Below, piece by piece: positions 46,565 through 55,005 of a stretch of 64,000 nucleotides of DNA; the stretch's first letter is position 1, and every line of letters starts with the position of its first letter. The notes beneath the pieces were generated by a model. That model was not told the DNA's origin and did no database searches. It was given only the letters and a program-made list of their open reading frames with translations. This DNA is from Deltaproteobacteria bacterium. Lineage in GTDB: Bacteria > Desulfobacterota > DSM-4660 > Desulfatiglandales > Desulfatiglandaceae. The stretch covers positions 19,357-83,356 of the forward strand of contig JAFDIS010000003.1 of the NCBI GenBank assembly GCA_019307945.1. The letters are read 5' to 3'. The position numbers and the translations under genes are program-made.

Positions 46565-47317
46565 ATGAGACTCCAAGACAAGGTGGCCCTGGTGACGGGC
46601 AGCAGCCGCGGCATCGGAAGGGCCGTTGCCCTGGGTTTTGCCAGGGAAGGGGCCAAGGTGGTCGTCAACTATTCTTCCAGCGAAAACGCCGCCCAGGAGG
46701 TGGTGAAGGAAGTCCGGGCCATGGGATCGGAGGCCATCGCCGTCAAGGCGGACGTGGCCCGAAAGAACGAAGTGGAAGCCATGTTCGCCGCGGCCTCCGA
46801 CACCTTCGGACGTTTGGACATCCTGGTGAACAACGCAGGATTCACCAGGCCGGCCATGATGGTCAAGATGACCGAGGAACAGTGGGACCAGGTGCTGGAC
46901 ATCCACCTGAAGGGGGCTTTCCTCTGTTCACAGGCCGCGGCCTTGATCATGAAGCAGCAGAACAGCGGAAAGATCATAAACGTCACCTCCGTGGCCGGGA
47001 TCCACGGCACCGTAGGACAGGTCAATTACAGCGCCGCCAAGGGCGGCATAATCAGCTTGACAAAATCCATAGCACGGGAGACGGCCCGCTACGGCGTGTG
47101 CGCAAACGTCATCAGTATAGGGATCCTGGCTCTCGGCATGTCGGAGAAAATCACATCGGACGAAAAGTTCAAAGAGATCTATATGAACCGAATCCTGCTC
47201 AAGAGGTTCGGCAGCGCGGAGGACGTGGTGCCCTCCTTCGTTTTCCTGGCCTGCGATGAGAGCAATTACATCACCGGTCAGCTCCTGTGCGTGGACGGGG
47301 GCTACGGGATGATCTGA
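46565..47317 (+). CDS. Short-chain dehydrogenase/reductase (FabG-like 3-oxoacyl reductase / 3-hydroxyacyl-CoA dehydrogenase)
   Basis: Contains TGSSRGIG, NNAG and YSAAKGG. Confidence 0.85.
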   Translation: MRLQDKVALVTGSSRGIGRAVALGFAREGAKVVVNYSSSENAAQEVVKEVRAMGSEAIAVKADVARKNEVEAMFAAASDTFGRLDILVNNAGFTRPAMMVKMTEEQWDQVLDIHLKGAFLCSQAAALIMKQQNSGKIINVTSVAGIHGTVGQVNYSAAKGGIISLTKSIARETARYGVCANVISIGILALGMSEKITSDEKFKEIYMNRILLKRFGSAEDVVPSFVFLACDESNYITGQLLCVDGGYGMI

Positions 47318-47411
47318 CTTTTGCGTCAGGTTCCCGGGGCCGCGGCAGCGCCGCGGCGTTTATCTGTCTTTCAAACTTCACAAAACCGCACTTGAATCAA
47401 GGAGTGTCATC

Positions 47412-48515
47412 ATGTCAGGCCTACCGGAAAGTATCAAGACATGGCAAATGGTGGAACCCGGAGGAAAGGACCGGGAGACGGGCGAATCGCGACCCGGCAA
47501 GTTGGAACTCAAAGAGATCCCCGTACCGGAACTGGGTCCCGATGAGGTGCTCGTGGAGGTGGCCGGCTGCGGGGTGTGCCACACGGACCTCGGGTATTTT
47601 TTCGACGGGGTACCTACGGTATCCAAACCGCCCCTGACCCTGGGTCATGAGATCTCAGGGACCGTGGTGGCCGGAAACTCCTCATGGATCGGCAAGGAAG
47701 TCCTCATACCCGCTGTGATGCCTTGCCGGCGGTGCCTCTTGTGCAAGACCAGACGAGGCAACCGATGTCTGGATCAGAAGATGCCCGGAAACAGCCTGGG
47801 GATATACGGCGGTTTTGCCAGCCACATCCCCGTCCCGGCCATTGATCTTTGCGAAATCAAGAACCGTGGCGATATTCCCCTGGAAAATCTGGCCGTGGTG
47901 GCCGACGCAGCCACGACCCCTTTCCAGGCCACCCGGAGGGCCTCACTGGAGCCGGGGGACAACGTAATCGTCATCGGCGTGGGCGGCGTGGGGCAGTACA
48001 TGGTCCAGGAGGCCAAGGCCCTGGGGGCCGGCACCGTCGTTGCCGTGGATATCGTGGAGGACAGGCTCCGGAAAATGCTCTCGTACGGCGCCGACTTCGT
48101 CATCAACGCCACGGGAAAGTCTCCCAAGGAGATTTCCGGGCAACTCAAAGAGATCCGCAAGGCCAACGGCCTGCCGGGTTTCGGATGGAAGATCTTCGAA
48201 GTCACCGGAACCAGGCCGGGGCAGGAACTGGGATTGGCCCTGCTCAGCTTCACATCCAAGCTCATCATCGTGGGTTTCGGGCTCCAAAAAGTGGAGTACA
48301 GCATCAGCAGGCTGATGGCTTTCGACGCGGAGATCATCGGGACATGGGGTTGCCTGCCCGAGTATTACCCTCAGGTCCTCCAGATGGTGCTCTCAGGGCG
48401 TGTGGCGCTGGAACCCTTTGTGCAGACCCGCCCCATGAGCACCATCGAAGAGACCTTCCACGAGGCGCACGAACGGCCCCCGGAAAAACGGATCGTTTTG
48501 ACTCCCGATTTCTAG
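47412..48515 (+). CDS. had: Zn-dependent alcohol-dehydrogenase-family enzyme, probable 6-hydroxycyclohex-1-ene-1-carbonyl-CoA dehydrogenase (Had/BamQ-like)
   Basis: 367 aa with the zinc motif GCGVCHTDLGYF..GHEISG and the GVGGVG NAD fold. It is sandwiched against an Oah/BamA-like and a Dch-like gene. The specific function is inferred from context. Confidence 0.65.
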   Translation: MSGLPESIKTWQMVEPGGKDRETGESRPGKLELKEIPVPELGPDEVLVEVAGCGVCHTDLGYFFDGVPTVSKPPLTLGHEISGTVVAGNSSWIGKEVLIPAVMPCRRCLLCKTRRGNRCLDQKMPGNSLGIYGGFASHIPVPAIDLCEIKNRGDIPLENLAVVADAATTPFQATRRASLEPGDNVIVIGVGGVGQYMVQEAKALGAGTVVAVDIVEDRLRKMLSYGADFVINATGKSPKEISGQLKEIRKANGLPGFGWKIFEVTGTRPGQELGLALLSFTSKLIIVGFGLQKVEYSISRLMAFDAEIIGTWGCLPEYYPQVLQMVLSGRVALEPFVQTRPMSTIEETFHEAHERPPEKRIVLTPDF

Positions 48516-48690
48516 GGACCCGGGACGACTCGGAAGGTCGGAGCGAAAAGGAGGCTTCCCAGGGGAGGGAAAACATTGCCCCCTTCCTTTCCCGACACAA
48601 GGGGGGCGAGAGGTCCGGGAGACCGCCCGGCCCCCTTTCCTGCGGACCTCGCCGGATAGGAACCCTTTTTGAACAAAGGAGATGGAAGCG

Positions 48691-49833
48691 ATGGCTTTGG
48701 AATGGATGCCCAGGGACGACTCATATAAGGATCATCTTGTCCACTCGGATGCCCACTGGGGCACGGACGAAGACGCACCCTGCGTGGTCTTTGAAAAACG
48801 CCCGCTGAAAGACCCGGAAGGAAACGTGGTGGAAGGGCTCTACGTGGCATGGGTTCGCTTGAACAACCCGCGTCAGTACAATTCGTACACCACGGAGATG
48901 GTCAAGGGGGTGATCGCGGGATTCCAGAATGCCTCCGTGGATCGAACCGTGGTGGCGGTGGTCTTCACAGGCACGGGGCCTTTTGCCTTTTGCACGGGCG
49001 GAAACACAAAAGAATACTCTGAGTACTACAGCCTGCGTTGCGACGAGTACGGCCAGTACATGGAACTTTTCAACAACATGGTGGACACCATCCTGATGTG
49101 CAAGAAACCCACCATCTGCCGCGTCAACGGCATGCGCGTGGCGGGCGGGCAGGAGATCGGCATGGCCTGCGATCTGGCCGTCTCATCGGACCTGGCCATT
49201 TTCGGTCAGGCGGGTCCGAGGCACGGTTCGGCCCCGGACGGCGGCTCTTCCGATTTCCTCCCCTGGTTTCTGAGCATTGAAGATGCCATGTGGAACTGCG
49301 TCTCCTGCGAAATGTGGTCCGCTTACAAGATGAAGGCAAAGGCACTGATCAGCAAGGTCGTACCGGTCCTCCGGGTGGATGGGAAATGGATCCGAAACCC
49401 CATGGTCATAACCGATCGGTACGTGGAAGACGGGGAAATCGTGTACGGTGAATTCAAAACGGGCGAGGCCCTGAAGGAGGCCCGCGCGTTCGTCAAGGAA
49501 CATCAACCCAACGCCGACTTCGAGCTCCTCGACCAAGAGGTGGACAAGATCATCTGGACGTTCGCCAATCTTTTCCCGGGGTGTCTCATCAAGTCCATCG
49601 ACGGGATCCGCCAGAAAAAGAAATTCTTCTGGGACATCATGAAAAACGCCAACCGGCATTGGCTTGCCGCCAATATGAGCGGGGAGGCCTTCCTGGGCTT
49701 CGGCGCTTTCAACACCAAGAAGATCACGGGACGAGACGTGATCGACTTCATCAAGTTCCGCCAGAACGTCGCCCAGGCCAAGCCCTGGACCCTTGATATG
49801 TTCGCCGAGGTGCTGGGAAAGCCCAAGGAATGA
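48691..49833 (+). CDS. bamA: 6-oxocyclohex-1-ene-1-carbonyl-CoA hydrolase (ring-cleaving crotonase, Oah/BamA-like)
   Basis: About 380-aa crotonase-superfamily protein with the stretch I recall from Oah/BamA (NNPRQYNSYTTEMVKGVIAGFQNASVDRTVVAVVFTGTGPFAFCTGGNTKEYSEYY). I prefer the ATG at 48691 because AAGGAG abuts the 48682 ATG. Confidence 0.75.
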   Translation: MALEWMPRDDSYKDHLVHSDAHWGTDEDAPCVVFEKRPLKDPEGNVVEGLYVAWVRLNNPRQYNSYTTEMVKGVIAGFQNASVDRTVVAVVFTGTGPFAFCTGGNTKEYSEYYSLRCDEYGQYMELFNNMVDTILMCKKPTICRVNGMRVAGGQEIGMACDLAVSSDLAIFGQAGPRHGSAPDGGSSDFLPWFLSIEDAMWNCVSCEMWSAYKMKAKALISKVVPVLRVDGKWIRNPMVITDRYVEDGEIVYGEFKTGEALKEARAFVKEHQPNADFELLDQEVDKIIWTFANLFPGCLIKSIDGIRQKKKFFWDIMKNANRHWLAANMSGEAFLGFGAFNTKKITGRDVIDFIKFRQNVAQAKPWTLDMFAEVLGKPKE

Positions 49834-49881
49834 TCCCCGGGGCCGGGGTCCCCGGCTCAGGCCGAAAGGGAGGAGGAAGAC

Positions 49882-50649
49882 ATGGGGCATGAATTTATCG
49901 AAACCACGATGGAAGGGGGTCTGGGGACCATCACCCTGAACCGCCCGCCGGTCAACGTGCTTCACATGGCCATGATGGAGGAAATCAACGCGGTCCTCGA
50001 ATCCTGGAAAGGAAAGGAGGACCTGAAGGTCATCCTCTTCAACGCCAAGGGAAAGTGCTTTTCCGCCGGAGTGGATGTGGGAGAGCACATGGGGGACCTT
50101 GCCCCCAAGATGATCGGAATTTTTCACCGGATGTTCCGGCTAATGGACGAAGTAGGGATCCTGACCGCGGCCTCCGTTTACGGGTCCTGCCTCGGGGGCG
50201 GATGCGAACTGGCGGCCTTCTGCGATCTGGTGATCAGCGCCGACGACGCCAAATTCGGCCAGCCCGAGATCCAGGTGGGAGTCTTCCCTCCCATAGCGGC
50301 CCAGCTTTTCCCCAGGATCATGGGCCGGAAGGCGGCCATGGAACTCATCCTGTCAGGCAAGATCATATCGTCCGAGGAAGCGCTCCGCATAGGCCTGGTC
50401 AATCGGGTGGTCCCGCGGGAAGAACTTGAAGGGGCCACTTCAGAATTTCTAAAGCCGTATCTGAAACTGAGTGCGGCGGTCCTCTCGATCACCCGCAAGG
50501 CCATCTTCTCGGGCCTTCGGGACGACTTCGAGCCATCACTGGCCGTGATCGAGGAGTTATACCTCAACGAACTGATGAAGACGCACGACGCCAATGAGGG
50601 GCTGGAGGCCTTCCTGGACAAGAGAAAGCCCGTGTGGAAAAACGCATGA
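49882..50649 (+). CDS. dch: Enoyl-CoA hydratase, probable cyclohexa-1,5-diene-1-carbonyl-CoA hydratase (Dch/BamR-like)
   Basis: 255-aa crotonase (ITLNRPPVNVL, FSAGVDVGEH, GGGCELA). The specific assignment rests on its position next to the had and oah genes. Confidence 0.6.
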   Translation: MGHEFIETTMEGGLGTITLNRPPVNVLHMAMMEEINAVLESWKGKEDLKVILFNAKGKCFSAGVDVGEHMGDLAPKMIGIFHRMFRLMDEVGILTAASVYGSCLGGGCELAAFCDLVISADDAKFGQPEIQVGVFPPIAAQLFPRIMGRKAAMELILSGKIISSEEALRIGLVNRVVPREELEGATSEFLKPYLKLSAAVLSITRKAIFSGLRDDFEPSLAVIEELYLNELMKTHDANEGLEAFLDKRKPVWKNA

Positions 50650-50700
50650 TTCTCACCGGGGCGCGGCGGCGCTCCTCCCGTGCCCCGGTGAACACCTCAC

Positions 50701-51102
50701 CTACCTGCGAACGTTTTCCCGAATAAAAGAGATTATCTCGGCCGTCGTGGTACCGGGTCCGAACACCTCGGCGATCCCCGCCTCCTTGAGGGCGGGGATA
50801 TCCTCTTGCGGGATGATTCCTCCCCCCAGGACGAGGACGTCGTCCACGCCCTTTTCCTTGAGAAGTTCCAGGACCCTGGGGAACAGGTAGTCGTGGGCCC
50901 CGGACAGGATGCTCATGGCGATCACATCCACGTCTTCCTGGATGGCCGACTCCACGATTTGGGCCGGACTCTGCCGCAGGCCCGTGTAGATCACTTCCAT
51001 GCCCGCGTCCATCAGGGCGCTGGCCACCACCTTGATTCCCCTGTCATGGCCGTCCAGGCCAGGTTTCGCCGCAAGGACCCGAATTTTTTTCTCCGTCGCC
51101 AT
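50701..51102 (-). CDS. Methylmalonyl-CoA mutase, cobalamin-binding small subunit/domain
   Basis: 133 aa with [15 protein letters not shown] (DxHxxG B12 motif) and SILSGAH. Confidence 0.88.
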   Translation of the reverse strand: MATEKKIRVLAAKPGLDGHDRGIKVVASALMDAGMEVIYTGLRQSPAQIVESAIQEDVDVIAMSILSGAHDYLFPRVLELLKEKGVDDVLVLGGGIIPQEDIPALKEAGIAEVFGPGTTTAEIISFIRENVRR

Positions 51103-51173
51103 ATCAGAAGCCTCCTCTCAGGCCTGCACACTTGTTTTCCAAATACCCTTACGTTCACATCACATCGGGCGCC

Positions 51174-52853
51174 TCAACCCAGCGTGTTGATCTGTTGATA
51201 TTCACCAAAGACGCCTCTCAAGACACCGCAGATCTCTCCCAGGGTGGCGTAGGCGCGCACCGCGGTCAAGATGTGCGGCATGATATTGTCATCGCCCGTG
51301 GCGGCACGCTCCAGATCGGCCAGCGCGGACTTCACCGCGCCCTCATCCCTGTGCTCTCTGACGCCTTTCAGCTTCTCGATCTGGGAGACGCGCACCGCCG
51401 GGTCTACCCTGAGCAGGTCCATCGGTTCCTCCTCTTCCATCTCGAACCGATTCACCCCCACCACCACGCGCTCTCCGCTTTCGATTTCGCGCTGGTACTG
51501 ATAGGCGCTGTCCTGGATCTCGCGCTGAACGAAACCCTTTTCAATGGCTTCCGCCGCCCCTCCCATCTCGTCGATCTTCCTGATGTACTCATCCGCCCTG
51601 CGGTAGATCTCGGAAGTCAGGGCCTCCAGGTAATAGGAGCCTGCCAGAGGATCCACCGTATCGGTCACTCCTGTTTCGTGGGCGATCACCTGCTGGGTCC
51701 TCAGGGCTATGCGCACGGCTTCCTCGGAGGGCAGGCAATAGGCCTCGTCCATGGAGTTGGTATGCAGTGATTGGGTCCCGCCCAGCACCGCGGAGAGGGC
51801 CTGGAACGCCACGCGTACGATGTTGTTCTTGGGCTGCTGGGCCGTGAGGGTGCACCCCGCCGTCTGCGTGTGGAATCGGATCATCATGGACCTGGGATTC
51901 TTCGCCTGGAACCGCTCCTTCATGATCTCGGCCCAGAGCCTTCTGGCCGCCCGGTACTTGGCGACCTCTTCCAGGAAATCGGAATGGGCGTTGAAGAAGA
52001 AGGAAAGCCTCGGGGCGAAAGTATCCACCTCCAGACCGGCGTCAACGGCCGCCTTTACGTAGGCGATGCCGTTCGCCAGGGTAAAGGCGATCTCCTGGAC
52101 AGCCGTGGATCCCGCCTCCCGGATGTGGTATCCGCTGATGCTGATTGTGTTCCACTGCGGGACCTTTTCCGAGCAATAGGAAAAAATGTCGGTGATGATC
52201 CGCATCGAGGGCTTTGGCGGAAAGATAAAGGTCCCTCTGGAGGAATATTCCTTCAGAATATCGTTCTGGATGGTACCCCGGAGCTGCTCCGACGGCACGC
52301 CCTGGTTCTCGGCCACCACGATATACATGGCCAGCAGTATGGCGGCCGGGGCGTTGATGGTCATGGAAGTGCTCACCTTGTCCAGCGGGATACCGTCGAA
52401 GAGGATCTCCATGTCCTTGAGGGAATCGATGGCCACGCCTACCTTGCCCACTTCGCCCACGGCCATTTCGTCGTCTGAATCATATCCGATCTGCGTGGGC
52501 AGGTCGAAAGCCACGGAAAGCCCCGTCTGGCCCTGGCTCAGCAAGAACTTGTAGCGCTTGTTGGACTCCTCTGCGGTGGCGAAACCCGCGTACTGACGCA
52601 TGGTCCAGAATCGGCCCCGGTACATGGTGGGCTGCACGCCCCGCGTGAAAGGATATTCGCCCGGGAAACCGATTTCCTCCAGGTAATCAGCATCCTGTGT
52701 GTCAAGGATGGAATACACCCTCTTGATGGGAATTCCGGAGGCATTTACGAACGCCTCCTTTCTCTCCGGGCGCTTGGACAGGGCGCCCTCCACTTTTTCG
52801 GCCCATCGTTCGTACCTGCTCCTCACCTCCTCAAGGCTTTTTGCCTCGGCCAT
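51174..52853 (-). CDS. Methylmalonyl-CoA mutase-type acyl-CoA mutase, large catalytic subunit
   Basis: Contains [44 protein letters not shown] and [20 protein letters not shown]. Tyr in the TMY motif and Arg in the SRGT motif are the MCM-type substrate residues, not the ICM-type ones, as I recall them. A GAGGAGGAGGG RBS precedes the ATG at 52853. Confidence 0.85.
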   Translation of the reverse strand: MAEAKSLEEVRSRYERWAEKVEGALSKRPERKEAFVNASGIPIKRVYSILDTQDADYLEEIGFPGEYPFTRGVQPTMYRGRFWTMRQYAGFATAEESNKRYKFLLSQGQTGLSVAFDLPTQIGYDSDDEMAVGEVGKVGVAIDSLKDMEILFDGIPLDKVSTSMTINAPAAILLAMYIVVAENQGVPSEQLRGTIQNDILKEYSSRGTFIFPPKPSMRIITDIFSYCSEKVPQWNTISISGYHIREAGSTAVQEIAFTLANGIAYVKAAVDAGLEVDTFAPRLSFFFNAHSDFLEEVAKYRAARRLWAEIMKERFQAKNPRSMMIRFHTQTAGCTLTAQQPKNNIVRVAFQALSAVLGGTQSLHTNSMDEAYCLPSEEAVRIALRTQQVIAHETGVTDTVDPLAGSYYLEALTSEIYRRADEYIRKIDEMGGAAEAIEKGFVQREIQDSAYQYQREIESGERVVVGVNRFEMEEEEPMDLLRVDPAVRVSQIEKLKGVREHRDEGAVKSALADLERAATGDDNIMPHILTAVRAYATLGEICGVLRGVFGEYQQINTLG

Positions 52854-52946
52854 ATCCCTCCTCCTCTCAGGGGAAGCGTTTTTCAAAAAACCGCTCCGCC
52901 CCTTCACGGCCCCGGAATATGCCCTAGCGGACAGTTCCCGCGGCCT

Positions 52947-52984
52947 ACACAAAAAGCCTCTCCCCGGGTGATCAAGAAGAGGCT
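52947..52984 (-). terminator. Rho-independent-type terminator within the biotin carrier-to-mutase spacer
   Basis: On the minus strand: AGCCTCT, a 16-nt loop, AGAGGCT, then TTTTGTG. Confidence 0.45.
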
Positions 52985-53206
52985 CGTTTCAAGATCGCTT
53001 CCGCCGCTCCGGGCCCCTGCCGGGGCCTGTGCAGGACCCGTCCCCGTCTTGTCAGGGAGGTGTTTTCTCCATTCCCCCGCCCCACTGCGGGACCTTGATC
53101 CGCTGGGGGCCGCTTTTCAGGGAGGGGATCAGCTTACGCCGTCCCTCATGTGTCAAAGCCGACCCGGCAAGATTTGTCACGGACCAAGAATCATTCAGCC
53201 GGTTTA

Positions 53207-53419
53207 TCACTCGAGGATCACCAACACGGCATCGGCTTCCACCGCATCGCCTGCGCTGCACCGAACCTCCTTGACCGTGCCGCTCGCTTCCGCCACCACG
53301 GGCAATTCCATCTTCATGGCCTCCAGGATGACCACTTCGTCCCCCTCATTGACCACATCTCCAGGCTTGACCTTCACGTCCAGTATCTTACCTCCCATGG
53401 GTGCAATCACTTCGCTCAC
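53207..53419 (-). CDS. Biotin carboxyl carrier / biotinyl-domain protein (decarboxylase or transcarboxylase gamma-type subunit)
   Basis: 70 aa with the biotinylation motif EAMKME and a GGAGGAGG RBS. Confidence 0.85.
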   Translation of the reverse strand: MSEVIAPMGGKILDVKVKPGDVVNEGDEVVILEAMKMELPVVAEASGTVKEVRCSAGDAVEADAVLVILE

Positions 53420-53668
53420 TTTGATTCCTCCTCCTGGTCTTGTTTGTGCCGCTGCCGCATAGAACTTATCCTTAATACAATCGGCGGACCGGGCCGATAA
53501 AACTTTAAGATATTTAACATTCTAATGCGGTTGGATATTTTTCATAAGGGATTCATATATCATCGAACAGACACCTTTTGTCAAGGATAATGTGAGAGCG
53601 CAAAGACGCAGCATCCCGGCCCCGGCATCGGGAACCTGATTGGGGTATGGAGGCGGGCAACAGAGCGC

Positions 53669-53697
53669 TTGACAGGACGCCCTAAATTCTCTAATCT
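53669..53697 (+). promoter_or_regulatory. Sigma70-like promoter TTGACA-N17-TAATCT upstream of pilC
   Basis: TTGACA at 53669-53674 and TAATCT at 53692-53697, inside an AT-rich divergent spacer. Confidence 0.4.
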
Positions 53698-53786
53698 TAC
53701 GCAACTAGAAGTTTTTTAAATATAAAAGAGCTCAACGGCTCGGCGGGCCGATCGGACGGAAACCGCGTCTGTTAAGGAGGAAAAAG

Positions 53787-54995
53787 ATGCCCATCTATAC
53801 TTGGGTTGCCGTCACAAGGAAGGGCAAGAAGCTCAAGGGAGAACTGGAAGCCGCGGATGAAAGAATCGCCATGATGCAGTTGAGGCGGCGAAACCTCACC
53901 GTCACGAAGCTCAAGCCCAAGCCCAAGGACCTGTTCGAAAACGTCGCCTTCATGCAGCCGAAGGTGACGAGCAAGGACGTCGTGGTATTCACCAGACAGT
54001 TCTCCACCATGATTGATGCGGGGCTTCCCCTGGTCCAGGGGTTGACGATCCTGGCCGAGCAAACTGAAAACAAAACCTTCCGGCAAACCTTGAAGCAAGT
54101 CACCAAGGACGTGGAAAGCGGCGCCACCCTGGCCGAAGCCCTCAAGAAACACCCCAAGATCTTCGACAACCTTTTCGTAAACCTAGTGGCCGCGGGAGAA
54201 GTGGGCGGCATCCTGGACACAATCCTCCAGCGCCTGGCGGCCTACATCGAAAAAGCGGAAAAACTGAAAAGCCAGATCAAGAGCGCCATGACCTATCCTC
54301 TGGTGGTGGTGGTGATCGCCATCCTCGTGATCTCGGTGATCCTGATCTTCGTCATCCCGGTATTCCAGGACATGTTCAGTAGCGTCGGGTCCGCTCTGCC
54401 CGCCCCCACTCAGATGGTCGTTGCCATGAGTCGATTCGTCAAGGGCAACATACATTACCTGATCGGAGGTCTTATCCTCTTTATTTTTCTATTTCGAAGG
54501 TACCGAAACACGGAGAAGGGCAGAAAACAGACGGACGCCCTTGCCCTCAAGCTGCCTGTGTTCGGAACTCTGCTGAAGAAAGTGGCCGTCGCCCGATTCA
54601 CCCGTACCCTGGGGACCATGATCAGCAGCGGCGTGCCCATCCTGGACGCCCTCGAGGTGGTGGCCCGTACCTCGGGCAACGTGGTCCTCGAGGAGGTGGT
54701 TTTCGACGTCAGAAGCAGTATTGCCGAAGGCCAGAGTATCGCCGAGCCTCTCTCGGAGACCGATATCTTCCCCAGCATGGTCACGCAGATGATTTCCGTG
54801 GGTGAGGCCACCGGTGCACTGGACACCATGCTCGAAAAGATCGCGGATTTCTATGACGACGAGGTTGATGCGGCGGTGGACGCCTTGACCTCCATGCTGG
54901 AACCCCTCCTGATGGTCTTTTTGGGCGGCTCCATCGGCGGATTGGTCATCGCCATGTACCTGCCCATTTTCCAGATGGCCGCAGCCTTTGAATAG
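53787..54995 (+). CDS. pilC: Type IV pilus inner-membrane platform protein PilC (GspF/T2SSF family)
   Basis: 402 aa with two T2SSF repeats (FTRQFSTMIDAGLPL and FTRTLGTMISSGVPIL) and three TM segments. Confidence 0.88.
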   Translation: MPIYTWVAVTRKGKKLKGELEAADERIAMMQLRRRNLTVTKLKPKPKDLFENVAFMQPKVTSKDVVVFTRQFSTMIDAGLPLVQGLTILAEQTENKTFRQTLKQVTKDVESGATLAEALKKHPKIFDNLFVNLVAAGEVGGILDTILQRLAAYIEKAEKLKSQIKSAMTYPLVVVVIAILVISVILIFVIPVFQDMFSSVGSALPAPTQMVVAMSRFVKGNIHYLIGGLILFIFLFRRYRNTEKGRKQTDALALKLPVFGTLLKKVAVARFTRTLGTMISSGVPILDALEVVARTSGNVVLEEVVFDVRSSIAEGQSIAEPLSETDIFPSMVTQMISVGEATGALDTMLEKIADFYDDEVDAAVDALTSMLEPLLMVFLGGSIGGLVIAMYLPIFQMAAAFE

Positions 54996-55005
54996 TCCAC
55001 AACCT

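Noticed and set aside
50654-50690. 9-bp GC hairpin CACCGGGGC...GCCCCGGTG between convergent dch and the mutase small subunit, as a terminator.
   Set aside because: No U-run on either strand. It may still act as a bidirectional or Rho-assisted stop, but the sequence alone does not support an intrinsic terminator call.
52854-53206. Cobalamin riboswitch upstream of the B12-dependent mutase.
   Set aside because: I found no B12-box-like consensus or the characteristic GGGAA/GCCACUG-type elements on the minus strand. Mutase genes are also not typical riboswitch targets. Left as an unexplained spacer.
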